A DNA stretch of 64,000 nucleotides from Thermoproteota archaeon (GCA_027491735.1 JAOZGP010000023.1:42656-106655); one strand, 5' to 3'. Positions 1-10,629 are shown, numbered from the stretch's first letter. The notes: generated from the sequence alone by a model not told the origin. Numbers and translations: made by a program.

Positions 1-1374
1 GGCCCTGTCCGATCCCAGGACGGCCATGACATCCAATCCCCTCGGAAATCCTCTGGCCGGGCCAAGAGGGGTCATGACCAAGGTGAACGGCTTGTCATCC
101 CCTGTGTACGCTCCAACAGACGGAGCAACCAGGCTGCCCATGATGTAGGAGTCCGGAACGTATCTCTGACCGAAGAACCTCATCCCCTTGGAGAGGTACA
201 GGCACCTCTCCAGCTCCTCCGGACTGAGGCTGCTCGCCTGGCAGTTGCCCGTCCCGGAGTATATCCTCGGCATCCTCATGGAGTTGAGCTCCTTCCTGAG
301 CTCGCTGATCCTGCCCACGATCTGGTCTGGGGAGATCTCACTGCCGAAGACCTTGTTCATTGCGTCCAGGTACTCGCATGGGGTCAGGTCATCGGAAATC
401 CCGACGAAGAAGGAGGTCACGGCGTATATCCTCCTCCACCGCTCCGCGACTCCTGTCGAAGAGACTTGGGCAGATATCAGAGCTGCTTGGAGGGTCTCCC
501 TGTCGGCCACATCCTTGGGCACGAGCCTTCCGTTCACTGAGTTGAGGAGGAAGGTCATCCTCCCGTACCACATCATGGCCTTGAAGTACCTCCTCAGGGT
601 CTCCGAGCGAGTATAGTGTCCCCTAGGCAGGTACTGACTGTAGTCCTCCTCGTATTGAAATATCGGACTCTTAGCAAAGCCCCTATGTCCCTCTATGAGG
701 GATAGCTCCTGGCCCACCTCTTGAGAGACGTAGTCCGGAGGATCGAAGCTTGGATCCAGCAGCTTCTTCGCCACACTGAAGAAAGCAACGTTCTCCCTGG
801 CAGCCTCCCTAACAGCTCCGCTGGAGATCCCGTACAGCCTCTCGTTGGCCTTCAGGAGCTCCTTCGTTATCAATTCGAGGTCCTTGTGAAGGCTCTCCTC
901 CTCCACGCTGGAGAGGAGGTTGTCGTAAAACACGTGGTAGACGTGGAGCATGGAGTCCACAGTGACATAGGTGGGCATTCCCTCGATGAGCTTGTAAGCG
1001 TCAACCGGCTGGTCCGTGTAGAAGCTCCAAGTTCCATCACCCAGAACGACGAACCCGTTTCTCAGGAGCATGTCCTTATCGGAGTCACTTAAACGAAGTC
1101 TGTCCGTCAGATCCCAATTGGAGATCTCGTCGACGGACAGAGGGAGAGCGTACTGAGGTGTCTCGGCGCTGACCTGCTCAGAACTGAGCGTCCCTTCCAT
1201 CAGAGCAGGTTTCCTCAGACTCTCAAGCGTGTAAGGGATCTCAGAGGAGGGACCTCCCCGGGAGGAGCTGCTCACCTCCTCAGAAGGAGCTTTGTTTGTA
1301 AGGAACAGAGCAGCGGCAATGCCTGCAGCCATCAGGAGAACGGCCACCGCGGCGATCGCGCCTAAAGTCCTCAC
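1..1374 (-). CDS. DUF3160-family secreted/surface protein, running off the window start
   Basis: Manual translation of the minus strand. N-terminal hydrophobic signal (RTLGAIAAVAVLLMAAGIAAALFL), then motifs EEDYSQYLPRGHYTRS..YFKAMMWYGR and RFFGQRYVPDSY typical of DUF3160. Not in the ORF track because no stop lies inside the window. Confidence 0.75.
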   Translation of the reverse strand, partial: MRTLGAIAAVAVLLMAAGIAAALFLTNKAPSEEVSSSSRGGPSSEIPYTLESLRKPALMEGTLSSEQVSAETPQYALPLSVDEISNWDLTDRLRLSDSDKDMLLRNGFVVLGDGTWSFYTDQPVDAYKLIEGMPTYVTVDSMLHVYHVFYDNLLSSVEEESLHKDLELITKELLKANERLYGISSGAVREAARENVAFFSVAKKLLDPSFDPPDYVSQEVGQELSLIEGHRGFAKSPIFQYEEDYSQYLPRGHYTRSETLRRYFKAMMWYGRMTFLLNSVNGRLVPKDVADRETLQAALISAQVSSTGVAERWRRIYAVTSFFVGISDDLTPCEYLDAMNKVFGSEISPDQIVGRISELRKELNSMRMPRIYSGTGNCQASSLSPEELERCLYLSKGMRFFGQRYVPDSYIMGSLVAPSVGAYTGDDKPFTLVMTPLGPARGFPRGLDVMAVLGSDRA

Positions 1375-1494
1375 ATACCTCACCGATCTGAATCATGAGT
1401 GAGTCGATAAATAAGCTTTCCTGAAAGGTTCCATGTGGATTGAACTTCTCTCTAAGGACCACCAAACTCGATAATTCTTTAAGACTGAATTCCT

Positions 1495-2263
1495 GTGGAG
1501 TGTCCGGTCCTCTTCCAGCTGATGTTCACCCGGAAGAACCTACACGAGGTCCCGAGGTCGTGGAGGGCGCTACGCGCTCGGACAAAACCGCATGCTCCCG
1601 ATCTCCACCTCCTCCCTGGGGTGAGGCTTCAAACCGCGAGGAATATGTTCCTGTTCATCTGTAAGACGAGGGACCTCGAGGTCGATGCGGAGGGGCCGGT
1701 CGAATACCCGGACTACGGCTACTATCATCCGCTCCACGTCATAACTGCAGGCCGTTAACGGAGCCGAACAAGCTGAACATAGGGATTGTGTTTTACGGTG
1801 GAATGCACTTAGAGTCCGTTGAGGTTCTGAAGGGCGAAAAACTGTGATGTTGATAGCTGATTCAACTGGAGAGATGGTGAAGGTCGAGACGGTCGAAGAC
1901 AGCATAGAGAGGGGGAACCGTAACGAGGACGCTTAACCCGAAGTGGATCGAGGAGATGCTTAAACACGGATTTTTTGGGGGGTTCAGAAGATCACCGAGA
2001 GGGTGGGGTACCTTCTTGGTCTGTCAGCCACCACAGGAGCGGTTGAGAACTGGATTTGGGATAGGGTTGCTGGGAGGTTTGTACTCGACAGCGAGCTCTT
2101 CGAGAGGTTGAGGAAGGAAAATCCTTACGCGACCAAGGAGCTGCTCGAAAGGTTGCTCGAAGCCAATAGGAGGGGTTACTGGAAGGCGAGGGATGACGTA
2201 TTGGAGGAGATAGAGGAGAGATATCTGGAGCTGGACGGAATGCTTGAGGATGAAATAGCTTGA
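1495..2263 (+). pseudogene. cobN: Cobaltochelatase CobN remnant (internal deletion plus frameshifts)
   Basis: N-proximal fragment PVEYPDYGYYHP..NIGIVFYGG is joined near 1830 to C-terminal motifs TRTLNPKWIE..LKHG and LGLSATTGAVENW..ENPYA..RLLEANRRGYW. About 0.8 kb remains of a gene that is normally over 3 kb. Confidence 0.75.
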
Positions 2264-2505
2264 CACAGCACAAACTCTCAGATTCTGCCTTTAACGAATT
2301 GCCATAGGACCATCATCAGCTCCAAGGCCCTCCTCCACACTGTAAGCTTTCTTAAAGCCTTCAATTTTGGACCTCGGTGGTCACCGTCCTAGGTGCGGAA
2401 GAGGGGCTCCTTCGTGGGGAGGTTACAACATGTTCATGCGGATGTTCCGTAGAGACTCAAGAGCCTGAGGTCCACGTCGGACCTGCATCATCGCCTGGTC
2501 AGCAC

Positions 2506-4129
2506 TCAAGACCTCTGACGGCTGGGTTCTTTCATCCGGCTCTTGAAGATCTCTCTGATCCTCTCCAGGGTGTCCGCCTCATCCGGGGACTTGTCATTCC
2601 TTATCCTGACTATTCTGGCGAACCTGAGGGCGAAGCCGCTCCTGTACTTCGGACTCCTCTGAATCTCGTTGAAGGCCACCTCGACCACGATCTCCGGCCT
2701 GACCCTGATGATCCCGTCGGCCCTCTCCACGGCTATCGACTTCAGCTTCTCGGTCATCCACTCGAACTCCTCGTCGCTCAGACCCTTGAACGTCTTTCCG
2801 ACGACCTCAAATCCGTCATCTGCTCTGGCTGCAAGGTAATAGTCGCTGAACCACCTGTGTCTTCTCCCGTAACCCCTCTCCGCCGCCACCACAACGAGAT
2901 CCAGCGTGTCCGTGTGCTTGAACTTCAACCAGTGCCTCCCCCTGGTGCCGGGGAGATAGGGGGATCTAAGGTCCTTGAGAATCACCCCCTCGTGTCCTTC
3001 CCTCACAGCTCGGCTGAAGAAATCCCTTGCCTCCTCAGAGCTCTCCGTCACGATGCAGGGGATCGACCTCACGCAGTCATCATCGAGCATCTCAATCAGG
3101 TCTTCCAGAACCCTCCTTCTCTCAACGTAAGCCCTATCCACAAGGATCTTCTCACCCACGAGAAGGACGTCGAACAGGTAGAGCCTCAGGGGTATCTCCT
3201 CCATAAGGCCGTCATCCGGACGGGACCTCCTGAACCTCCTCATGAGGACTTGGAAGGGCAGGGGGGCTCTCCCTCTCCGCTATGAGCTCCCCCTCCAACA
3301 CCGCCCTGCTGAACCTAAGCCCTGCGATCTCAGGCACCATCCTCGTAACGTCGGACATCCTTCTGCTGAACACCCTAACCCTCTCCCCGTTTGAATGGAC
3401 CTGAACCCTCACACCATCCAGCTTGTACTCGAGGGCGCACCTCCCGAGCTCCCTCAGCGCCTCGTCCAGGCCACGAGCCGTCTGAGCCAGCATGGGTCTG
3501 ACGAGCCTGAAGGGCACTAGCTTGACCCCAAGGATCTCCTCTCTGCTCATCTTCAGGATGGAGTAAGGCTCTCCAACGAGCATCGTGGCTCTGATCACGG
3601 CCTCCTTGGGGAGCCCTCTGGCCTCCGCCACAGCCTCCAGCAGGAGGCCCTCGTTCAGGCCTAGCCTCGTCTCCCCCACCAGGGCGTTTGTGAGGAGCCA
3701 CACCTCATCCGAACCCAGCGAGGATAACAGCGATCTGAGGATCTCCTTCTTTCTTCTCCTGGATCCTCGACCGCTGATCTCAGAAATCCTCTCGAGCTGC
3801 CTGTACACCTCATTAACCGTCTGTTCCTCCTTGAACAGGGATGTCTGCCTCTTGGCCGATCTCATGAGGCGGCTCACGGCCTCGCCCAGGTCCACGCCCT
3901 CTGCCCTTCCCTTCCCGGAGAGCTCTTCAGCGACCTTGAGGATAGTGGACCAGGAGACGTCAAGCCTCCTCCCATCCTTGAAGACCTTGCCCGTCAGGAT
4001 GAGGGCAGCCTTCTCGGCCTCTTCCGAGTCAAGCTCCCTCATCAACGAGGCCAGGAGGAGGATCTTCTCCCTCCTGGATCTGGTGGACGCGATCTTTCTG
4101 GCAAGCCTCGAGAGCTCAGAGAACATCAT
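2506..4129 (-). CDS. lig: ATP-dependent DNA ligase, split into two ORFs by a 1-nt frameshift in the G6 run at 3261-3266
   Basis: ORF 3212-4129 has the adenylation motif EYKLDGVRVQVH. ORF 2506-3243 has LFDVL, EGVILK, WLKFK and the OB-fold LRFARIVRIRNDK. Removing one base gives the continuous ESPLPFQVLMRR. Confidence 0.85.
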
Positions 4130-4219
4130 TCAGTCTATGACCCGGTGACACGATAAAAATGCTCCAGGCCCATCGATCAGATTAATATCTTTGACACGGG
4201 CGTACTCGGGGCACCGGTC

Positions 4220-6010
4220 ATGGAGAGGGTCATACCGAGTCTCGACGAGATCACCCCGGAGAAGTTCAAGGAGACCTTCAAAAGAATTTTGGAGGTCAAG
4301 AGGAGGGCTGGGATAACTCCTCTCCTGGACAACCCGTCAGACCTGCTGGACAGGGCCAAGCTCTACGGGATGCAGTACAGGAACGGATCCTGGAACTGGG
4401 CCTCCAACATATGGAGCAGGTCCGCAGCAAACACCGTGGTGATAGAGGAGGACGACCAGCTTCGGAGGGAGCACAAGCTCCTCCTCATGAGGGTTCTGGA
4501 GCACATACTCGCTCAGGGACCTCTGATAAAGGTCGATGGATATGTGGGTAAGCCGGGCACGAGGGCTCAGATGCACGCAGCGGTCTATGTGGATCCTCAG
4601 TTTCCGGACATAGCCTACAGATGGAGCCAGCTCGTCTTCCCAGCCCCGCCGGAGGAGAATCCCGAGGTGGAGGTGTTCGTCATACCCCACTACCTGGGCA
4701 ACCCGAGGATCCCCGGCACGGACAGGCTTCTCATGGTGATGAGGTTCCCCCACCACAACCTCACTGTGGTGACGATGTCCTCCTACCAGGGAGAGGTAAA
4801 GAAGGCTGTCCTAACTCACTGGATCTACCACGTCTACAGGAAGGGAGGAACAGGGGAGCACGCCTCACTGAGAGAGTTCACGGTCAGAAGGGTCGATGGA
4901 GCCTGGCGCAGGATCGTGATGTGCGTGTGGGGCCTCACGGGCACGGGTAAGTCCACCCACGGCCTCTACGTCTGGACCCCAAGGAACTCGAGGATCTACG
5001 TGGAGAAGTTCGGCGTGAATCCTCTGGACCACGTGAGGGATCAGGTGATAAGGAACGATGACATAGTGGCGATATTCGAGGACAGGGTCGTGGGATCTGA
5101 GAGGGGGTCATGGACAAAGACCGAGGATCTATCCCCAGATCAGGAGGTCATGTGGAGGGCGGCCATGAGTCCCAGAGCTCTTCACGAGAACACCGAGTTC
5201 GACGAGGACGGAATGCCGAGCTTCAGGGGGGGGCTCTTCCAGTATTTCGGAGCTCCTAACAGGAACTCGAGGAGCGTCCTCTACCTGGACGACACAGGCT
5301 ACTTCGACGGGGATGTGGAGTCGAGCGGTCCCCTGACCACAGCGGTCTTCCTCTCCCCAGGTTACTTCACCGACTACGCTTGGGTGAGGATAGACGACGT
5401 GGCCCTCGCAGCCAAGTTCCTGGCCGACGGTAGAACGATAGGTCATCCCGCTCAGGCCAAGGAGGTTGTGGGGAGGATGAGGTTTGTCGCTAGGTACGCG
5501 AAGCCCTTCACGATCGGCGTCAGGAGCACGGATCACGTGGTGAGGTTCTACGAGTACTTGAGGAGGAGAAGGGAGCAGGGCAACCCTGTGGAGGTGTACG
5601 CCTGCAACACAACGGGGCGCATAGTGGCCGAGTACAGGTGGGTCAGGAAGAAGGTGGGGGACAGGGAGATGGAGGCGCCCGAGCCGATCTTGGTGGAGGT
5701 CAACGGGATACTCAGGGCGAGGGGAGGAACGAGGCCCTCTATAGAGGAGACAGAGCTTTTCCTGCTGCAGGCCAGCAGAGGAGCGGTGAAGTTCAAGCCC
5801 CATCCCGTCTGGAGGGAGAAGGTCATGGTCCCAGATGAGGTCCCGGGCATCAGCAAGGAGAGGCTTAGGGAGCTCGATCCCACAAGCTACATGGACATGG
5901 ACGAGTTCAGAAGGCTTCTGAAGGCCCAGATCGAGGAGAGCAAATACTACCTGGACAGAGACTGTCCAGGTCTTCCCAGTGAGATATACACAGCCATGGA
6001 CTTCGACTGA
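4220..6010 (+). CDS. pckA: Phosphoenolpyruvate carboxykinase (ATP-type-like)
   Basis: 596 aa. YQGEVKK, H in GEHAS, P-loop WGLTGTGKST, NDD metal motif, ENT and RNSR motifs. Confidence 0.75.
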   Translation: MERVIPSLDEITPEKFKETFKRILEVKRRAGITPLLDNPSDLLDRAKLYGMQYRNGSWNWASNIWSRSAANTVVIEEDDQLRREHKLLLMRVLEHILAQGPLIKVDGYVGKPGTRAQMHAAVYVDPQFPDIAYRWSQLVFPAPPEENPEVEVFVIPHYLGNPRIPGTDRLLMVMRFPHHNLTVVTMSSYQGEVKKAVLTHWIYHVYRKGGTGEHASLREFTVRRVDGAWRRIVMCVWGLTGTGKSTHGLYVWTPRNSRIYVEKFGVNPLDHVRDQVIRNDDIVAIFEDRVVGSERGSWTKTEDLSPDQEVMWRAAMSPRALHENTEFDEDGMPSFRGGLFQYFGAPNRNSRSVLYLDDTGYFDGDVESSGPLTTAVFLSPGYFTDYAWVRIDDVALAAKFLADGRTIGHPAQAKEVVGRMRFVARYAKPFTIGVRSTDHVVRFYEYLRRRREQGNPVEVYACNTTGRIVAEYRWVRKKVGDREMEAPEPILVEVNGILRARGGTRPSIEETELFLLQASRGAVKFKPHPVWREKVMVPDEVPGISKERLRELDPTSYMDMDEFRRLLKAQIEESKYYLDRDCPGLPSEIYTAMDFD

Positions 6011-6172
6011 CCGTTCTGGTTCTCCACCGCATTTGACCTTCAATACATCCGTGGCGAAGGACCTCCCCCCTCAGGTCTCATCGGAGGGCTTTCAGGGAGA
6101 GGGCCCCATGCTCACCCTCCTAAGCTCGCCCTTTCGGGCTTATCCTCACCTCCTCACATCTTGAGCGGAGCT
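6011..6172 (-). ncRNA. Orphan TnpB omega-RNA-like structured element, copy 1
   Basis: Colinear homology with 63434-63616: AGCTCCGCTC.AGATGTG, AAGCCCGAAAGGGCG, GAAAGCCC, ATGA-N3-CTGA loop, terminal hairpin and AGAACGG end. It abuts the pckA stop codon. Confidence 0.6.
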
Positions 6173-6420
6173 CATCCTCGCTGCATCTGCTCCGACTGCG
6201 AGATCAGTCCACTCCATCGACCAGATAGCGCACGAAGTCCGGGGACTGACCCTCCCGATCCCACTGGGAGGATCGCTGGGAAGGCGTTCGGCGAGTTCAA
6301 CGAGAGGACCTCATCCTCGTGGGGGTCCTCCTGGGGGATTATGCTGCGTGCCGAGGCCCAAGACACCCCGCAGGAGAGGTATGTGAAGGTGCTGCTTGAC
6401 CTAATGATCAGATAGCTTAG

Positions 6421-7923
6421 CTATTCGAACTCTATTGTTGCTGGGGGCTTGTTTGTGACGTCGTAGAGAACCCTGTTGACACCCTCAACCTCGTTGACTA
6501 TCCTGGAGGAGATCTTCTCCATGAGGCTCCACGGGAGCTTGGCAAAGCTTGCGGTCATGGCGTCAGCACTCTTCACAATCCTCAGGGCGATCATGTACTC
6601 ATATGTCCTCCTATCTCCCTGCACACCGACGCTCCTCAACGACAGAAGAACGGGAAAGGCCTGCCAGACCTTTCTGTAGTATCCCGATCTCCTCATCTCC
6701 TCCTCAACTATCTTATCAGCCTTCCTGAGCATTCTGAGCTTGTCCTCCGTCACCTCGCCCACTATCCTTATCGCCAGCCCCGGACCTGGGAAGGGGTGCC
6801 TCTCCACGAGCTTCCTTGGAAGGCCAAGCATCCTGGCGAGCTCCCTCACCTCGTCCTTGTAGAGGCCTGAGAGGGGTTCTATGAGCTCCCTCCCGGTGTC
6901 AGGCATCACCACGTTGTGGTGGCTCTTTATCCTGTGGGCAGCTCTACTGCTTGCGGCGCTCTCTATTCTGTCGGGGTAGATGGTCCCCTGACCTATGAAC
7001 TCAAACCCCCTAGACTCCCTGCTGAAGATCTCAGCGAACTTCTCGGCTATGATCCTCCTCTTCTCCTCCGGATCCACAACCCCTCTGAGCGCCTTCAGGA
7101 ACTCGTAGGATGCGTCTATGTACCTCACCCTGAAGCCCATCCTCTTCAGAATGTTCAGAACCTCCTTAGGCTCGTCCTCCCTCAGAAGCCCCGTGTTCAC
7201 AAAGAGGACCTCCAGTCCGTCCCCGACAGCCCTCTTCATCAGCAGGGCGGCGGTCATTGAGTCCACTCCACCGCTCACGGCCACGAGAACCTTTCCCCTT
7301 CCAACCCTCCTCCTCACCTCCTCGATCTTCTCCTCCGCGTATCCCATCATGTTCCAGTCCCTCCTGGCCCTGCAGATCGTCAGGAAGTTGTCCAGGACCT
7401 TCCTCCCCCTCGGGGTGTGCTTCACCTCCGGGTGGAACTGCACCCCATAAAATCCATTGGGCAACCTGAAGGCGGCGATCCTAGTGTTCCTGGTGTACGC
7501 CAGGACCTTGGATCCCCCAGGAGGCTCCACGACCTGATCCCTGTGGCTCATCCAAACCTTCTCCCTCCTCCTCAGCCCCTTGAAGATCTGGTCCCTCGCC
7601 CTGAGGTACAGGGTGGCCACGCCGAACTCCCCCGCCCCCCTCTCCACCCTCCCCCCGTAGAGCTGAGCCAGGAGCTGATGTCCGTAGCAGATCCCCAGAA
7701 CCGGAACCCCTCTGTCGGACAGCTCGTCGAGATAGCTTCTGTCGATTGTTGGAGCATCCTCCTCGTAGACGCTTCTCGGTCCTCCTGAGAGGATAACCCC
7801 ATCTACGTCTTCCCTCGGCTTGAAATCCCTCCAGGGAATTATCTCTCCTCTAACCCCCAGCTCCCGCACCCTCCTGTTTATTAGGTGGGTGTACTGGGAC
7901 CCGAGATCCACGACGCAGAGCAT
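6421..7923 (-). CDS. guaA: GMP synthase (glutamine-hydrolysing)
   Basis: DLGSQY, GICYGHQ, QFHPEV, SGGVDS, IKSHHN, HPFPGPGL and C-terminal KPPATIEFE. Confidence 0.97.
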   Translation of the reverse strand: MLCVVDLGSQYTHLINRRVRELGVRGEIIPWRDFKPREDVDGVILSGGPRSVYEEDAPTIDRSYLDELSDRGVPVLGICYGHQLLAQLYGGRVERGAGEFGVATLYLRARDQIFKGLRRREKVWMSHRDQVVEPPGGSKVLAYTRNTRIAAFRLPNGFYGVQFHPEVKHTPRGRKVLDNFLTICRARRDWNMMGYAEEKIEEVRRRVGRGKVLVAVSGGVDSMTAALLMKRAVGDGLEVLFVNTGLLREDEPKEVLNILKRMGFRVRYIDASYEFLKALRGVVDPEEKRRIIAEKFAEIFSRESRGFEFIGQGTIYPDRIESAASSRAAHRIKSHHNVVMPDTGRELIEPLSGLYKDEVRELARMLGLPRKLVERHPFPGPGLAIRIVGEVTEDKLRMLRKADKIVEEEMRRSGYYRKVWQAFPVLLSLRSVGVQGDRRTYEYMIALRIVKSADAMTASFAKLPWSLMEKISSRIVNEVEGVNRVLYDVTNKPPATIEFE

Positions 7924-8598
7924 TGAGGTATCGCCTTCCTCACAAAAATAACTTTTCTGCAGGACACGGTGGTCGATCGTTCCACTCGCTCCTCCAGACC
8001 TCCATCAATCTGCGGACGTCGACAAACCTTGGAGATTCATGAGAGCATCTACCCAGGCTCGAGTTGCGATCTAAGGAGATGTGGGGTGAGAAATTGGAAG
8101 AACGAGAGAAGAGCGAACACCACACCGGATGACCTTCCATCACCATCCTGGGACGCTCTGTCCCAGGCTTAGAACAGGACGTGGGGCTTCGTTAACCTGT
8201 TGTCGGTGAGATAGAAGCACAGAAGTAATCGGTTCTCCTTCCCCACAGCTGATACTCGAAGTGCCCTCATCACTTCGCTCTGGAGAGCATAAAGTCCTCG
8301 CTTTCCTTTTTATGAAGCTTTTCGAGAGGTTGTTTATTTCCATCCTTCCAGTAGGCGGCCCTATGATTTTCAATCCTTTCAACTGTTCTCAAGCCTCCCT
8401 TCGGCCTCCTTACCTCCACGACCTCATCTCACTCCGAGAGGATTTCGGCGATTCTCGTCCCTTGAGGGTGGACAGAAAGTTGTTTAATCAAGTCATGATT
8501 TAGATGCATGAGTTAGTACCTGAGCAAGGATTTAATCCCTCGTCGTGCTGGCGTCCACGTTAAGGGGCGGAAGTTCGCTATGAATCCGGGTGTGGGAT

Positions 8599-10620
8599 AT
8601 GGGAGGGGACGTCCTTCTGCATGGAGACGTTTATGCCTGCCTTGATCATCTGGAGGATGATTCGATCGCCGTGGCTGTGACCTCCCCGCCCTACTGGAGA
8701 CAGAGGAATTACAGATTTGAGGGACAGATCGGACAGGAGAAGACGCCTGAGGAGTACATCGGTCGGTTGGTGAAGGTATACAGCAAGCTTCGCCGGAAGC
8801 TCAGAAGGGATGGCGTCTTCTTCCTCAACATCGGAGATAAATACCTGAATCGATATGGTAAGTCTCATCTCCTGCAGATCCCGTACAGAGTGGCACATCA
8901 CATGGTGAGGGATGGTTGGCGCCTAGAAGATATAATTATATGGTATAAACCGAACCACATGCCCTCCCCGGTCAGGGACAGGTTCACGAACACGTACGAG
9001 CCCGTGCTGGTTCTGACGAGGGGCGAGAGTAACATATACAAGAATGGATATCCGAGGGTGGTGGAGATACCTCTGCAGCGGACCCCGTGGAGACACACAG
9101 CGGTGTACCCCGAAGGTCTGGTGGTGGAGATGCTGAAACGTGTGAAGTTGGAGGACGGAGATATAGTACTGGATCCCTTCGCAGGAACTGGGACCACTGC
9201 TGTGGCTGTGAACAGGGTGAGGAACAGCCCTTACGCCAAGGAGATCTACACGATAATGATCGAGAAGGGGGATGAGTTCGTGGACGTGATCAGGGAGAGG
9301 GCTAAAGTAAGGGCGGTCGTTCGGGTCGAGGACGTCGATTACGAATGGCAGCCCGTTGAGGAGGAGAACCTTCCGGAATGCTTGAGGCCTACCCCGATGC
9401 TGAGGGACAGGTACGGAGAGACGTATATCGCTCGAGATCAGGAGGAGTTTCTATCCGCGTTGAAGGGGATCGCACTCAGAGAGTTCAAGGAGTTTCACAG
9501 GGAGGACGCGCTCTACTTCCTCGGGGTGAGGAGATGGGGTCTGGACTCATTATATTACGTTCACGTCATATATAGATATGGATATGTTCTGAGGAACATG
9601 TTGGTGATATCCGATGGGAACAGCTGGTATCCTGTCTTCATGTTCGCACGGGATAGCACGAGGGTGGCGTACAGGTTCCACCTCGATAGGGTTAGGGTGA
9701 AGCCTAGGACGATGGAGAGGAGGGAATGGATGGAGGAGGAGTTCATCGGCATGAGGGTGAGGGACACCTCAGGGAGGACATCTATTGAGGGTCGTGTGGT
9801 GAAGATCCTGGAGAAATATGCTGATGGTTTTCCAAAGCTGGTGGTGGTTCAATGGGGCAAAAAGGCGTCTGTGGAACTTGCCATTCATCCCGAGAAGGAT
9901 GAGCTCCTGATGGAGGGCGTGAAGTTCCTTTGTCCGAGGTGTTATTCCGAGTTGAAGGAGCCCTACGATCCGATAGGAGAAAACTCATGCCCTTCCTGCG
10001 GGCAGAGGTTGTGGACGAGCTTGGAGACGGTCCCCGTGGTGCAGGAACCTCGAGAGATATCCGAGGTTGTGAGGAAACTGGAGGATAACAAACACCACAT
10101 GGGTCAGATTTTTAATATTAAGGAATTTGAAATAAAGAAAATTTCATCATCAAGTAAGTTTTCCTCCTTGGAAAGGATCAACTGGGGGGCATCTCCCGGA
10201 GCGAGGAAGCTCATGCTCGGCGAATACTTCACAAAGATGCGCCTTTACAGAGTGAATCAACCTCTCGTCGCACAATATTTGATCTTACTGAGGAGGTCCA
10301 GGAACATGAGCATTCAGGACGTGGTAAGGAGGCTTCCGAGGAGGTATCGTCACACAGTTGGTCATTGGTTCAGAAAGGACTTCGGCGGATCTATCCCAAT
10401 ACCCGAGGATATTGAAGTGATAGAGGAGATCCTCGGTGCTCGGGGCGGCCTGCTCAGGATTCTGAGGAGGACGGCCTTAAAACTTCAAACGGTCAGAGCA
10501 TCGATCAAAGGTAAGAATCCGGGGGATTACATCAGGGGCAGAAGCGATGAGGAGCTGGTGAGGTTCCTCAGACTGTTGTATGCTCCATCACAGGGGAGCG
10601 CGTCGCGGTCGATGAGGTGA
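8599..10620 (+). CDS. Beta-class N4-C/N6-A DNA methyltransferase with a long C-terminal extension (degenerate second MTase-like region, Zn ribbon, HTH)
   Basis: Catalytic TSPPY precedes SAM-binding LDPFAGTGT. The C-terminal part has CPRC..CPSC, an HTH-like LRRSRNMSIQDVVRRL..TVGHW, and KGKNPGD. Confidence 0.85.
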   Translation: MGGDVLLHGDVYACLDHLEDDSIAVAVTSPPYWRQRNYRFEGQIGQEKTPEEYIGRLVKVYSKLRRKLRRDGVFFLNIGDKYLNRYGKSHLLQIPYRVAHHMVRDGWRLEDIIIWYKPNHMPSPVRDRFTNTYEPVLVLTRGESNIYKNGYPRVVEIPLQRTPWRHTAVYPEGLVVEMLKRVKLEDGDIVLDPFAGTGTTAVAVNRVRNSPYAKEIYTIMIEKGDEFVDVIRERAKVRAVVRVEDVDYEWQPVEEENLPECLRPTPMLRDRYGETYIARDQEEFLSALKGIALREFKEFHREDALYFLGVRRWGLDSLYYVHVIYRYGYVLRNMLVISDGNSWYPVFMFARDSTRVAYRFHLDRVRVKPRTMERREWMEEEFIGMRVRDTSGRTSIEGRVVKILEKYADGFPKLVVVQWGKKASVELAIHPEKDELLMEGVKFLCPRCYSELKEPYDPIGENSCPSCGQRLWTSLETVPVVQEPREISEVVRKLEDNKHHMGQIFNIKEFEIKKISSSSKFSSLERINWGASPGARKLMLGEYFTKMRLYRVNQPLVAQYLILLRRSRNMSIQDVVRRLPRRYRHTVGHWFRKDFGGSIPIPEDIEVIEEILGARGGLLRILRRTALKLQTVRASIKGKNPGDYIRGRSDEELVRFLRLLYAPSQGSASRSMR

Positions 10621-10629
10621 GGGGATCGC

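Noticed and set aside
2377-3285. Long antisense ORFs (also 5129-6043, 28079-28723, 44542-45351)
   Set aside because: Shadow frames opposite well-supported genes, with no recognisable motifs.
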